Shown one piece after another: positions 1 through 14,000 of a stretch of DNA of 64,000 bases (position 1 is the stretch's first letter; each line of letters begins with the position of its first letter). The stretch comes from Cirrosporium novae-zelandiae (lineage: Eukaryota): assembly GCA_026023565.1 (NCBI GenBank), contig JAPETS010000006.1:806001-870000 (forward strand), in the 5' to 3' direction. Under the pieces are notes generated by a model. The model had not been told where the DNA came from. It saw only the letters and a list, made by a program, of their open reading frames with translations, and made no database searches. A program made the translations under genes and the position numbers.

Positions 1-3000
1 GCCGTCTTTGGTCACTCCATGTACCTACAGATATTCAAAAAATCACGGTTAATCCCCTGTTCTGCAGTCCATCCCGTATCCATGAATCGCAGCTACCCTT
101 TGATTCTGTCGTGACCAAGGCTGACTCTACTGGCTTAATGGGAGATGTGGACGTATTCGCAGAAGATGGAAAGCATGCTATTTTACAGGTTGAGGGAATG
201 AGAGTCAAGCCATTCTCTCCGGCCTCGGAAGCTGATGACTATCCCATCTTTTCCGAGTTACTGTGGGATGTTTCTGACCCGTGCAGTATGGCAATTGAGA
301 AAATCCCACCATCAGCAACTGAGCGTGAGATTGCATATATCTGTGATAGAGCTGCATATTTCTATCTTTGTTCACTGGATAATCTCATCACACAAGAAGA
401 ACGAGAACGTACAGATTGGCATTTCCGTCGCTATCTTGAATTTGCAGCCCATATCAGATCCCTCGTCTCATCTGGCAAGCATCCGTTAGTAGAGAAGGCA
501 TGGGAAAACGACACGCGCGAGGAGATCACTGCTTTGATGGACAGGTACCCGGACTGTGTTGACCTCAGGGTGATGCGTGCTACCTGCGAGAATTTGCCCG
601 CGGCTATTCGCGGCCATACTACAGTTCTGGAGCATATAGCTAGCGATTTGGACGAATTTTATGAAAAGACCGTTGGATTTCCTCAGTATAACGCATACCT
701 TGGTCTTATGGCAGGACAAATCGCGCATCGCTATCCACATATGAACATACTTGAAATAGGTAAGCCTGAGTAATTTACTATTGGACAGTTACTACTCTCC
801 TTGCATGCTCTTCGTTAAGTCCCATTCTTGTACGATTGGTTTCTAATGTCTTGCAGGCGCTGGGACTGGGTCAGCGACGAAGAATATCCTGGAGAAATTA
901 GGACCTGCTTTCTCTTCATACACTTATACGGATATCTCTGCCGGTTTCTTTGAAAAAGCTTCGGATGTGTTCCGAGATTATGGCAATAAAATGAGTTTCA
1001 AGACGCTTGATATTGAAAAGGACGTCGAATCACAAGGCTTTGCCAAACATTCATATGACTTAGTGATTGCTTCGAACGTTTTACATGCGACAGCTGTCCT
1101 CAACGATACAATGAAAAATGCCCGAAGTCTTTTAAAGCCCGGTGGCAAACTTTTGCTACTTGAAGTAACGAACAACGACCTCGTCAGGGTGGGTACAATA
1201 TTTGGGGTTTTCCCAGGTTGGTGGGTTGGTGAAAATGATGGTCGTCGGCTGTGTCCAACTCTTTCCCCAGCACAATGGGTATCGCTTATGCGAAAAACCG
1301 GCTTCTCAAGCATTGACAACGTTATCCCTCCGCCTGATGACAAGGCAAGCACTTGCTCTGTTCTTGCTGCAGAAGCTGTTGATGACCGAGTCAACTTTCT
1401 TCGTCGGCCACTTTCATCTCCTGCAATGGGGTTAGAACCAACCGAGCTGGTGATTCTTGGTGGGAAGACGATGGAAACCTCGAGGCTTGTAGAAGATGCT
1501 TCTAGACTTCTGGGATGGCGGTACCCGAGAACTTTAACAATAGATGCCCTGGAAGACCTCACAGCAAATGACATGTCTCCAATGTGTACAGTTTTAAGCT
1601 TGACTGAGCTCGACGAACCCACCTTCAAGGGAATGACAAAAGAAAAGCTTGAATCTATGAAGAGGCTTTTCGACCAGGCTAGGAATGTCCTCTGGGTTAC
1701 CAGGGGATGCCGAGCAGATGAGCCATATTCCAACATGATGGTGGGGTTTGGACGGAGTTTGCGCTACGAAGTTCCTCACCTTCGACTACAATTTCTTGAT
1801 ATGCCCCATACTGAGAGCCCCGATACTGAAAAGATTGCAGAATCTCTGCTACGCTTACAAGTGTCCGAACAATGGGAGGACAATGAAGATTTACTATGGT
1901 CAACAGAACCAGAGCTTGTGCTTGAGAATGGACAAATTATGATACCACGACTTTATCATAAGAAGGATCAAATTTTGAGATATAATTCTTCGAGGCGTTT
2001 GGTGACTACAGAAGTTTCCCCACAGTCTTCTACTATCAAAATTGAACGCTCTGACTCGGCCTATTTCCTTGTGAAGGACGCTAGCCCCAGAGCATCACCA
2101 TCGCAGCGCCGCATCCAACTAACACACTCCTTGCTATCCTCCGTCATGCTTGCATCAGGATTATCTTTGTTCGTTGGCCTTGGAAAAACTGCTGATACTA
2201 GTGAGATGGTTCTTGTCCTGTCAACAAAGGCCGCCTCCATTATTGATATCCCCTGTAACTGGTTGTTTCCCTGCAACGTTCCTATGGGACAGGAAGGACA
2301 ATTCCTCCAATCAGCTGCGGGTGCTCTTCTAGTTCAATACCTTGCTACAGGAATTTCAGCTAATAACGTCTTGCTTGTCCATGAACCACAGCCATATCTT
2401 GCTCACGCACTTACTAAGTATGCTGCTGGGGAAGGCGTTAACATTATCTGCACTACATCCAAGCTAGAAGACTTGGCCAAAGGTTCTCAGTGGGTCTTCA
2501 TGCATCCTTCTGCATCCGACCGAGCTATTAGGGCACTGCTGCCAAAGAACGTGAAAGTGTTTGTGGACTTTTCAACGAATAAGAGTATAGATAGTCTTGG
2601 CTCTCGTATTTTGGCATGTCTTCCATCTACCTGCAAGGTAAAAAGTTCTGCCAAGCTTTTTGGCAAGGAGCCAGTCCTTCTATCTATTCATGATCACCAC
2701 ATTCCCGATCTCGTCCGGAAGTCCAATTTGCTCTCAATATCAGTAGCCCCTATTGATGATATATCGATGGAGGTGACTGCAGTTCCCCTTAGGGACATTC
2801 CGAATGGCACGGTCGAAAATAGCCCGGTGTCTATAGTTAACTGGACAGTAAATCCAACTGTACCGGTGAAGATTACAACAGCAAGTTCTATGACTTCCTT
2901 TGCCAGTGACAAAACATATCTACTAGTGGGATTAACAGGTGAGCTTGGACGATCTCTATGCCAATGGATGGTAGCCAGAGGTGCAAGAAATGTTGTCCTC

Positions 3001-6000
3001 ACGTCCCGATCCCCAAAGGTCGATAAGAGGTGGCTTGAGAACCTTGAAGCTACAGGGGCAACTATCAAGCTTATTCCCATGTAAGCTGGCAACCCAACAA
3101 ATCTTACTGTAGCTGAAACTGACAATCATAGGGATGTTACCAACAAACAGGTGGTAAAGGCAGTTGTCGATGAGATTCGTGACACATTACCTCCTATTGC
3201 CGGAGTTGCGAATGCAGCAATGGTGCTTGAGGATACTTTGTTCTTCAATATGAGCTTCGAGACTTTGATGAAGGTGCTGAAGCCTAAAATGGATGGGAGC
3301 AGATATCTTGATGAATTATTCCAAGAGGATACTCTGGATTTCTTCATCTTATTCTCGTCCTTGGCTTGTACTCTCGGAAATACTGGACAATCCAATTACA
3401 CAGCGGCGAATATGTTCATGACAGGGCTTGTGGCACAACGCCGTAAGCGTGGCCTCGCAGCGACAGCAATTAACTTAGGTGCAATAATTGGATTAGGCTA
3501 CATTTCCCGTGCCGGACGCCAAGCTGTCTCAGAGCAAACTTCAGTCTTCCGTTATCTACCAGTCTCTGAGTATGCCTTCCTTCAAATGTTCGCAGAGGCC
3601 GTTATGGCGAGCCCTGCCAATTCGAACCGGAATCCAGAGCTGATGGCTGGAATGGGAACTGCAAATGTTGATGACAAGGAGAAGGCGCCATGGTATTACA
3701 ACCCAATCTTTTCACATTTCATTCTCGGGGCCAAAAGTGCAGAATTGGAGAAGAGTGATAGAAAGGTTGTTGTTCCAGTTAAATCTCAGCTCTTGTCTGC
3801 TAGTACTACGGAGCAAGCCTATGAGATATTGAAATGTAAGTGTATAACCTTTGTATCCTTTCCATGTTCTTTAATAGCTTGGTTAAAAACTTTGCAAAGC
3901 TTCCTTCTCTACGAATCTCCAGTCTATCCTTCGCCTTCCTCCGGACAGTGTTAATGAGCAAATGCCGTTGATCGAAATGGGTGTTGATTCGCTGGTTGCA
4001 GTCGAAGTGCGGTCCTGGTTCCTCAAGGAGCTTGGCATTGACATGCCAGTCCTTAAAGTTCTTGGCGGTGCTGCTGTTGCGGATCTGTGTTCATATGCTC
4101 TTGAAAAACTCCCACATGAACTTATACCAAATATCCACCCAGCCGCTACTGAAACCCCGGCCACAAGCAAGCATGAAGATACAAAGGCCGAATCTAGAAA
4201 AGATCAGACAACGAAGCCCACGGAGCCAGAAATGACAAACCTTCGGCCGTCACTTCCCCGGGTACTGACCACAGACACTGTTTCATCTAGTGCCTCTGAG
4301 TCCCCACATTCTAGATCATCGAAGTCCTCTCCGGAACTATTGGTAACGCCGGACACCCCTTACTCGATTTCAGGGCTAGAATACCTGAAGCTCCCCCCTC
4401 CAAGTCCTGTTCTTAGAAGAGAGAAGATATCTTTTGCCCAGTCAAGGTTTTGGTTCTTAAAACGGTATCTCCAAGATCAGACATTATTCAATATCACACT
4501 GTTCATCCGTATGAAAGGAAACTTACGTGTCGCCGATCTTACGCATGCAGTGAAGCTCGTTGGGCAGAGGCACGAAGCTTTACGAACATGCTTCTTCGCA
4601 GAGGGTGATCAAATCTTTCAAGGCGTCCTCCAGGAATCAACTCTATATCTAGAACACAAAAGAATTACAGACACAAAGGAGGCGTTGGATGAGTTCGAGC
4701 TTGCGAGGAACCATGTGTTTGATCTGAACCATGGAAAGACAATGAGGGTCCAGTTATTATCCCAGTCGCCCAGTTCACATTACATTATCTTCAGCTACCA
4801 TCACATTGCTCTTGACGGATTCAGCTTCCAAGTTTTCTTGTCGGATCTAACTAAGGCATATAACCACCAATCTTTGAGCCTCCTTCGGTGCCAATTTCCT
4901 GAATATTCTGCAAGGCAGCGGAAAGAATTTGAGAATGGTGGAATGGAAAAGGAGCTAGAATTCTGGCGCGAAAAGCTCCGAGGCGTCCCGTCAACTATAC
5001 CATTGCTCCCCATGTCGCAGGTAAAATCTCGTCAGGCCTTAAGCACCTACGACTTCAACCGAGTAGACTTTAGACTTAACCCAGGATTGGCTGGGCATAT
5101 CAAAGAGACAAGCCGCAAGTATAAGGCAACCTCATTTCACTTCTATCTCGCCGTGCTGAAGGCTCTACTTTTCCGCTTCCTGGATACCGATGATCTCTGC
5201 ATTGGTATCGCCGACGCCAATAGGAACGACAGCGATGTTCTAGGAACGGTCGGACTCTTTCTAAACCTCCTTCCTCTTCGATTCAGATCAAAGGCGGAGA
5301 CATTCGTTGATGCAATCGGAGATGCTCGAAACCAAGTATATTCGGCTCTAGAAAATTCCAGACTACCCTTCGATGTTCTCTTAGAGGAGCTTGATATACC
5401 GCGATCGGCTACTCATACTCCTCTCTTCCAGGTCTTTGTCGACTACCGTCTAGGGCAACAAGAACGCCAATCTTTTGGCGAGTGTGAGAACTTGAGTGAA
5501 GAATGGCATGTTGGGAAAACTGGCTACGACCTTAGTGTGGATATTGTGGAGAATGCGGCTGGTGATTCAAAAATCACGTTCAGATCCCAAAAATATCTCT
5601 ACTCCTCAGGTGATGCCGAGATTCTAATGAAGAGTTATATCAGTCTACTGGAAGCATTTTCGAAAGACCCTTCCCTGCAACTGGAAACGCCTGAGCATTT
5701 TTCTCCTAGTGATATTGAAAAGGCAATCATGGTTGGACGAGGTTAGTGGCCCCTTTTTTCTTTATATTTTCTTTCTCTAATCTATCCTGATCGGGTACAG
5801 GTTCCGCGCTTCAGACAGATTGGTCTCCGACTCTTGTCCATCGTATTGATGATATGATAAATCAGCATAATACAGATATTGCAGTCAAAGATGGCATAGG
5901 AAACATCCTTACGTATCAGCAGATGGCTGAAAGGATCAATGCTATTGCCGCCGCTCTATTAGCCGCGGACATTACTCACGGATCTAGGGTGGTAGTATTT

Positions 6001-8703
6001 CAAGAACCAACATCCGATTGGATCTGCTCTTTGCTGGCCATCATGCGAGTAGGTGCAGTGTATGTACCGCTCGATTTGCGCAATCCACTCCCACGCCTAG
6101 CAAATATTGTCCGAACATGTCAGGCCAATGCAATACTTGCCCATGCAGCTACCGTGAAAGACGCTCCTGAATTAGGGTCGAAACCAACAATCATCAACCT
6201 CTCCACGATCCAGAAATTTGATACCATGCCAGTTCCAAATCGCGCCTCCCCTGAGTCACCCGCAGCAATCTTGCATACCAGTGGCTCCACCGGCACTCCC
6301 AAAGGTATAGTTTTGAGGCACTCCAGTCTCCGAAATGTCATAGAAGGTTACACCAAGGAATGGAAACTTGGCCCAGAAACAGTACTGCAACAGAGCGCTT
6401 TTAGCTTTGATTTCTCCATGGATCAGTTCTTCGTAGCTCTTGCAACCGGGGGGACGGTCTACATTGTTCCAAAGGCCAAGCGTGGAGATCCTATCGAGAT
6501 GACAAAATTAATCGCTGCAGAAGGAATCACGTATACGAAAGCAACTCCGTCGGAATACTCTCTTTGGCTGCAGTATGGAATGTCTAATCTTGCACAAGCA
6601 TTCGCTTGGAAAAAGGCTTTCGCGGGCGGTGAGAGATTGACGCCAACCCTCAAGAAGCAGTTCAAAGCTCTTGGGAACACGCAGCTGCAACTCTTCAACT
6701 CTTACGGACCAGCAGAGATTTCGGTTTGCTCTCACAAAATCAATATTCCATACATGAGCAGTCAGGATGACTGTCAAGAAGCTATCCCGGCTGGATATCC
6801 CCTACCTAATTATTCTGTATACATTGTGGATGAAAAAACAAGAAAACCTGTTCCTACAGGTGTCCTTGGAGAGATTCTGATCGGCGGTGCAGGAGTCGGC
6901 CTGGGCTATCTTAACAATGAACAATTGACGAAGAAAAAGTTCATTCCAGATGTATTCGCAGCGGCAGAATATGTTTCAAAAGGCTGGAACACAATGTACT
7001 GCACTGGAGACAGGGGCAAACTTCTCAGCGATGGAGCTCTTATGTTTGAAGGGCGAATTGATGGTGATACACAAGTCAAGATCCGAGGGATACGTATTGA
7101 GCTGCAGGACATTGAGAGTACCATACTTTCTACAGCAAAGGGAGTTTTGGTGGAGGCTGTTGTCTCCGTTCATGGAGACCCTGGACAGTTCCTCGTCGCT
7201 CACGTTGTATTCTCGCCAGATCACCAGCAGTTCAACCAGGACCACTTCCTAAACCAATTATCATCTAGTCTTCCTCTGCCGCAATACATGGTTCCGGCCA
7301 TGATCATCCCTTTGGATAAGATGCCGTTGAACAACCATTTCAAGACTGACAGGCCAGCCATCAACGCCCTTCCGCTTCCAGATACTCCAGCAAAGACCGA
7401 GGATGGTGCTAAACTTACTGGAGCTGAACTTCAATTGGAACAGGTCTGGGAAAAGGTTATTTCAAAGGATATCATCAATAGATATACATTTGATGCGAAT
7501 ACTGACTTCTTTCATGTTGGTGGAAATTCCCTGCTTCTAGTGAGGTTGCAAGCTTTAATCCGAGAGAGATTCGATGTCAACTTGCCTTTGATGGACCTAT
7601 TCGAGGCAAGCACACTTGGGGGAATGTCTACCAAGGTTCAACATGCTGCTTTGGGTAGCGCTATTGACTGGAAGAAGGAGACTTCGATATCTGATGTAGC
7701 TCTCCCACATACGTCTTTCCTTGAAGCTCAGGCCCACCGTCCTGGGGTTGACAAAAGCAAATCAGTGCTCCTTACTGGGGCAACAGGATATCTTGGGAAG
7801 AATATTCTTCTCCAGCTTGTTGCAGACAATAGCGTTTCAAAAATACACTGCGTCGCTCTTCGCAAGGCTATGCTACCAGTTGATTCGGATGGAAAGATTG
7901 TTATCCATCAGGGTGATTTGACAGGTCCTCTTCTTGGGCTCTCGGAGAAGGAGTTCGGAGCTTTGGCCAGCGAAGTTGATGTTATAATTCATAGTGGTGC
8001 TAACCGCTCTTTCTGGGATTCCTATCAGTTGCTTCGCCAAGTCAATGTTATGTCAACTAAGGCGCTCTTGAAGTTGGCCCTTCCCCGGAAGATTCCTATC
8101 CATTTCATGTCCTCCGGGGGGGTATTGGATTTCAACATAGCTAGAAACGTGAAGAATGAAAGTGAAGTGTCCGTCATTGGCCTCCCTCCTACTGATGGCT
8201 CGAATGGGTATGTTGCATCCAAATGGGCTAGCGAGAAATGTCTTGAAAATGCTGCCAAGAACCTAGGACTACCGGTCTGGATACATCGTCCATTACCCGT
8301 CATAAGCAAGCAAAATGATTTATCTGAACCTGTCTTGCAAGAATTTCTCCATTTCTCCAAGGTAATGAAAACGGTTCCCGCTTCAGATGGCTGGAGAGGC
8401 CATTTTGACTTCATCCCCGTCGACGAGATTGCAAACAGGGTTTGCACTACCGCCACAGCGCAAGGTACGATGTCATCTTCGGCATTAGTCAAGTTTGTGC
8501 TCCACAAAAGTACTATCAGAATCAACAACGAGGATATAGGAGAGTATCTCGGAAAGCATTGCACCGAAACTGAAGGATTTGACAGTTTGCCTGGTCCAAA
8601 GTGGATGGGGAAGGCAAAAAAGGAAGGGTTTGGGTATTTAATCGCGGCGCAGGAGTTAATCGTTAATGGGCCGGAGGGGAAGGAGTTTGTCTCGAGAAGA
8701 TAG
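1..8703 (+). CDS. Hybrid iterative PKS-NRPS, 5' part outside window (DH end, C-MT, ER0, KR, ACP, C, A, T, terminal R/Dieckmann domain)
   Basis: Frame open from the window edge (RLWSLHVPT). MT SAM motif ILEIG|AGTG spans intron ~760-856. KR motifs VGLTGELG and GQSNYTAAN. ACP MGVDSL. C domain HHIALDG. A domain HTSGSTGTPKG, NSYGPAE, TGDRG, QVKIRGIRIELQDIE. T domain FFHVGGNSLL. SDR-like LTGATGYLG...YVASK. Further GT-AG introns near 3081-3131, 3836-3899 and 5742-5800. Confidence 0.97.
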
Positions 8704-8953
8704 CTTGTTCTATAGCTAATTAATTCATACCTGTTAATTAATTAAGGCTTCTAATCTCCATACCTTCACCTCGTATTTCAAAGCACATCGTGTGCTGTAT
8801 AAAAACCATGTAGTAAAAAATAATTCAAGGCTAGAAGAATGAAGAATATTATAAAAAGAGATAATTGTGAGGTCTCTGCTCATTGTTGGAGGGAGAACTC
8901 ATGTATTTGTGATTATTGTTGCTTGCTGAGATCAAGGGGCCTTGACTAAAGAG

Positions 8954-9189
8954 TGTAGCGGCCATATTAGGGCAAAACCCCTAGTGTACGATTCTAGTGA
9001 CCATAACAATAATACTTTCATAACTCCGCAGAACATAGTATAGGTATATAAAATAGCTTTGATTGAAAGTCTGCAAAACAAGGAGAAGGTTAGTTATATA
9101 AAGAAGAAAGGGGGTTTTAGTGGGGCTAGCACTAACCTTATTAGTGAGGGCAAACCGAAAAGAGACGACTCACTCATGAGGTTCCTACA
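8954..9189. repeat. Possible degenerate solo-LTR-like remnant
   Basis: 236-bp AT/TpA-rich segment bounded by TGTAG...CTACA, with a TATA-like element on the minus strand. No TSD and no partner LTR seen. Confidence 0.2.
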
Positions 9190-9207
9190 TTCCTACCTTA
9201 TACGGCC

Positions 9208-10236
9208 CTATCCATCCGCATCATTACCTCCTCCGGTCCTTCTTCTTTTATACAGGTCCTTGCATGCAAAGGTGATTTCACGAAGGGAGATGGTAAGAAT
9301 CAAGCACAAAAGATACAGCACTACCAAAGAGATGCACACCAGGACAACAACGGAGAACCACTTCGAGACTTGGGCAAGGTTCACCCAAGATTGGTTTAAT
9401 GGGATGACCGGTTGTACAGCCAATGCTACTTGCATTGCACTTAGAGCCACGCTAAAGACGCCGAAGATGAACAGCAGTGGTCCGTAGAATCGAGCAAAGT
9501 ACGCTCCATATTGTCCGTACACTTTCTGATACGTGAAGCGCGGCCACAAAAATATCTTAGACCAGAAATTCAATCGAGTAAGCCGCAGTTCGCCGTATTC
9601 ATAGCGCGGTGAGACATCCCGGTCTTCTATGGATTCAAATGCTTTAATAAAGTTGACGAACTTCAAATAGCTGACTCCTTTCGGTAGCAATCCCAGCCTG
9701 TCGTGTCTGGCGAGGATATAGTCAGATTTGTGACGAATTAGATAAGAGTATGATCGAAGAAACCCTAATGCGGCTCTTACAAGATCCCTTCTCGATGTCT
9801 GCGGAATGGGTGATTGATTGTTGACGAAGTAGTATTTCCAAAAGTCGTGAGATAGCAGATACTTTGGCATAGGCTTGATAAAGACGCGGTCATATATCCA
9901 CACAAGATGCAGCCCTGGCTTTTCAGTTATGGTAATCTGACGTCCCCGGATGATCTGATGTGTGAGAGATGAGACGTGAGAGCTATCTTGCTTTGCGACC
10001 AGCCAGAGATGAGGAGCGATTTTGTTCAGATCCTCAGTCATGAGATCCTCATTGAGATATTTTTCCACTGAATCCGTGTCATGCAAGGCGATTCGTGGTT
10101 GTCCAGGAAGATGAGTGTTCGTATTGTTGAGAGCATCAGGAGGAACTTGCGGAGGCAACCGTCTCTCAAGGTTACCATGGGGATTGTGAAGCTTGTGATA
10201 GAGCTCATCCTCGGTGGTGAATGGAACCGCATCCAT
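9208..10236 (-). CDS. DUF6601-like fungal membrane protein (intronless, two C-terminal hydrophobic helices)
   Basis: 342-aa ORF with motifs HLWL...HQIIRGRQITITEKPGLHLVW..DRVFIKPMPKYLL, ALGFLRSY..LIRHKSD and RYEYGELRLTRLN, which I recognise from this family. Confidence 0.8.
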   Translation of the reverse strand: MDAVPFTTEDELYHKLHNPHGNLERRLPPQVPPDALNNTNTHLPGQPRIALHDTDSVEKYLNEDLMTEDLNKIAPHLWLVAKQDSSHVSSLTHQIIRGRQITITEKPGLHLVWIYDRVFIKPMPKYLLSHDFWKYYFVNNQSPIPQTSRRDLVRAALGFLRSYSYLIRHKSDYILARHDRLGLLPKGVSYLKFVNFIKAFESIEDRDVSPRYEYGELRLTRLNFWSKIFLWPRFTYQKVYGQYGAYFARFYGPLLFIFGVFSVALSAMQVALAVQPVIPLNQSWVNLAQVSKWFSVVVLVCISLVVLYLLCLILTISLREITFACKDLYKRRRTGGGNDADG

Positions 10237-11012
10237 AGCTATATTTTCAATCGCATCAGACCTTTCTCAGACCTCCCAACCTTAGAGAGCGCCTCCAGCG
10301 ACTATGATATGCTTTTAGCACCTGTAAATGTCAACAGTCCCATGTGCTTATTATATGCAATTGCTGTCCATAGCCTTTGTATCTTAGCTCCCGAAGGAAT
10401 CGCTAACAAGCAATCAGCCAATCTACTCTTGACTATGTATGCCTTTCCTAGCCGCACGCATGAAGCCAACAACCGAAAGCAGCTAACAGCGCTTTCAACA
10501 AGGGTATTAAAAATTCTCAATCCCGTGGTATTAGCAAATATGAGCACGGTAGGGAACGATCGGTGATCTTGATTACTATCCTCTTTTTTTTGTGTAACCT
10601 ACATAAAAAATATTTGTGAATAATAGGCCGAGTTCTCGCGTCTGCTTCGGCTTTCGAAACCGGCTAAGGGCCTAACTAGTATCCCTTGACCTTTCATTGA
10701 TATCGGCAGGCTTAAATGCATAGTCTAGCTATTATCAAAAATAATTCTCTATCGGTATGGTAGCTGATCTTCTTTCGTCCAACTTATCGTTAAACATCTA
10801 TTTAATCGCTAGTGAAGGGAATGGACTAGACCGACGGTTACATGATACAGGCCGCACTCCGCGCGGAACAAAATTTTACTTCTCCGATTCACAACACCTT
10901 GTCTTATCTCCACGTGATATCACGTGAAGATAAGATAATGACTAATCTCTACGAAATAAAAAATATACCAAATATTTACCTAGGTACTTCAGTAATATAC
11001 AACGCTGTGAAT

Positions 11013-14000
11013 ATGGATGTGACTATTTTCGCAACGATCTTTGTCGCATATTTTATTTGGGCAACATTTTCCTCCAAAAGCTTTTTCCACAGGGTTTGTG
11101 TGACAGCTCTTGGGTTGCTTGTCTTGCTGATCTTCGCCTGGCATCAAGAACAACAGCTTATCCCAAGTACTATCTACGCTATTCTTGCTATTCTAGATTT
11201 TGCTTTTTGTATAGCTCTGTCACCAGCCCAAGTTCTATTATTTAAGTTCGCCGAACTGAACTCGGACCAGGAGCCTATTAAAACGTTTTTGCCCTGCAAC
11301 CACTCAGGCCATGGCTCAAGTGGTCACCCGATATTCGTAGAGTAAGTCTATCAAAGCGAGTTTCATAGTACATGTTGTTAAGACCATCCTGTTCTTATGC
11401 AGCATCGTTGCTGTTCATGGGCTAGCTTCAAACCCAGCTACCGCATGGGCATACCCAAGTGAAATGATCCGAACCAACGGCTCTGATCAGACTGATCCGC
11501 CCAGGGATCCAAATGACACTGTTAGTCCTATGTGGTTGAGAGACTATCTCCCTTGCGAAAACCTACATGCTCGGATCCTGGTTTATTATCATAGCTCTCG
11601 CTGGAGGTACAATGCTTTTGATATGAATATAAAAGTCTATGGGAGAGATCTGCTTTTAAATCTTGAACAGGCCCGGAATCAGGAGGTATAATATGACTAT
11701 TAACATTTTTCTTTTCGCACTAATCTCACCTTTGGATTCATGAAGCTGATCAGCCCCGTAAATTTATCCCGGAATGCGCAAAAGGTTTTATCTTTCTTGG
11801 AACGCCACATCAAGGGTCAAGTCTTACAATCATTGGGAAGCTCCTCTCATTATTTGGTTATTGGCGGGGCTCAAACACTACCTTACTTGAGATGATTGAG
11901 TCTGGCTCTCATGATAACGCTACCCTTCATGATAGTTTCATGAGAACGCACGGTCGCGATAAACCGTTGGTGAACTTTTTTGAGGTGCAGCCGGAGCGTA
12001 TAGGCCAATTCACCATCATGAATGTGAGTATATGTAGATTAGCCCTATTAGAACATACAATTTGCTTATAACCTTTCACAACAAAGGTTGTGAGTCGAGA
12101 ATCAGCAACCATACCCGGATATGAACCTATACCTTCCTTTAATAAGCATCGTGATATGCACAGGTTCGCGAGCAAAGTTGGTGATGGATATGAGAAACTA
12201 CTTAGCCAGATAAAAATGCTGGTGGAGAAAGTCTCCGGACCATTGATAAAAGAGCTCGAGGGTAAGTCAAATAATCATGGAATATGTATCTTAGAACGAC
12301 CGAATATTAATTTATATTTTCATTACTCTATAGAGCGACAGCAAGCTATAGAAAAAGAAGAAGAAAGTCGAGTACTCATGGAGCATGTATCTTAGAATAC
12401 ATAAATACTAATTTGTGATTTTGCTATTTTATAGAGCGGAAGCGGATTCTGAACGACACCGAAAAAGGTCGGTGGCTCCTAGAATATATTGATAATATAG
12501 TTTCTGATTTTAGACCAGAATGCGTACAATCTCTTCATTTTCCAGAATGGGAAAGCCATCTTCATAACCAGGAAATAGCCGGAACCGATGAGACATGCGG
12601 ATGGATCCTCGCGCACAAGACCTTTCAGCCTTGGAAGTTGGCCAAGGATTCGGGGGTGTTGGTCGTTTCTGGCAAACCAGGTTGTGGAAAGTCTGTGCTT
12701 ACGAGGTTTATCCACGACCACCTGAAGCCCAGCACCCCTAGCACTCCACACGCCTCTAGTAATACCGAAATTGTCGTTGCATTCTTTTCCTTCAATGATC
12801 GAGGTGCGAGAATCGAGAAAACTGTCTCTGGGATGATGAGAGCACTGCTGGTACAGATTTTCCGCCAGCGGCCAGCTCTACTACGCGAACTCTCTGTAGT
12901 CGAAACATATCAAAAGCTAAAGAGAGATCAAAATACCTCCAACGTCAAATGGGATGATAAGGTTCTTCAAAATCTATTGCTACAGCTTCAATCTAGTTTA
13001 GCCTATTATATCGTTATAGATGCATTAGATGAAGCGCTTTATTACCCATCAAGCACAAGCCAGACCCCAAAAGAAAGCTTAAATACGCCTTACGACGTGA
13101 TCAGCCTAATAAAACGCTTAACAAGCCAAAAAAATGAATCAGATCAACCAGGTCAAGTAAAGAGCGCTACCTTCCATATCTTACTTACTGGCCGGCCGGA
13201 AATACGTGAAGAGAGGTTCATGTCCGATCTTATATATGAACAGGTCCGGCTAGAGGTCGGTCAAGACGACGGCCACAGTTTGAATGAAGCAATCCGGAGG
13301 TATTCTCAATCAGAAGTAAAACGGCTCTTTCGTGGAGATAACGATAAAACAACAAAACTGGTTGATAAAATAACGAGTCGCGCCGGAGGCATTTTTCTTT
13401 GGGCGAACTTGGTAATCAAAATACTTATAGAGAAGCTTTCGTATACAGCATCTTTTCACGACTTAGAAGCAAAATTAGACGCGTTTCCAGAAGGAATGAC
13501 TGATTTGTATAAGAATATTCTCCATCGAAACATGGGACAAAATGCCCACCAAAGGAGGATTATGCTGCAGTGGGCCCTTTTCGCAGGACGACCCCTTACA
13601 GTTAGAGAACTTCAAATAGCATATCATATTAATCTTCTTAAGGGAACATATAAATCTGAAAATTCAATGAAAGAGCAAATGGACCTGGACTGGTTTAAAA
13701 ATTCTATAAACGGGATTTCAAGTGGCTTATTAGAACTAATACCAGTAAAGACATCTAACAAGCCACTAAGGTTCAGCTTGCGCCACGAAAATGAGAAGAA
13801 AGAAGTTGTACAGTTCATTCACCAGTCTGTTAAAGAGTATCTGCAGAATCATCTCAAGGACTGGTTCGTCGAAAGCGATGTTGAGACTGAAGCCGACGCT
13901 CATGTGGACCTAAGCAAAACTTGCATCAAATATCTCATGCTGGACGGTCTACCCGATGGTCCCACAATAGATTACGACTACTATCGTCGATCAGAAGAAT

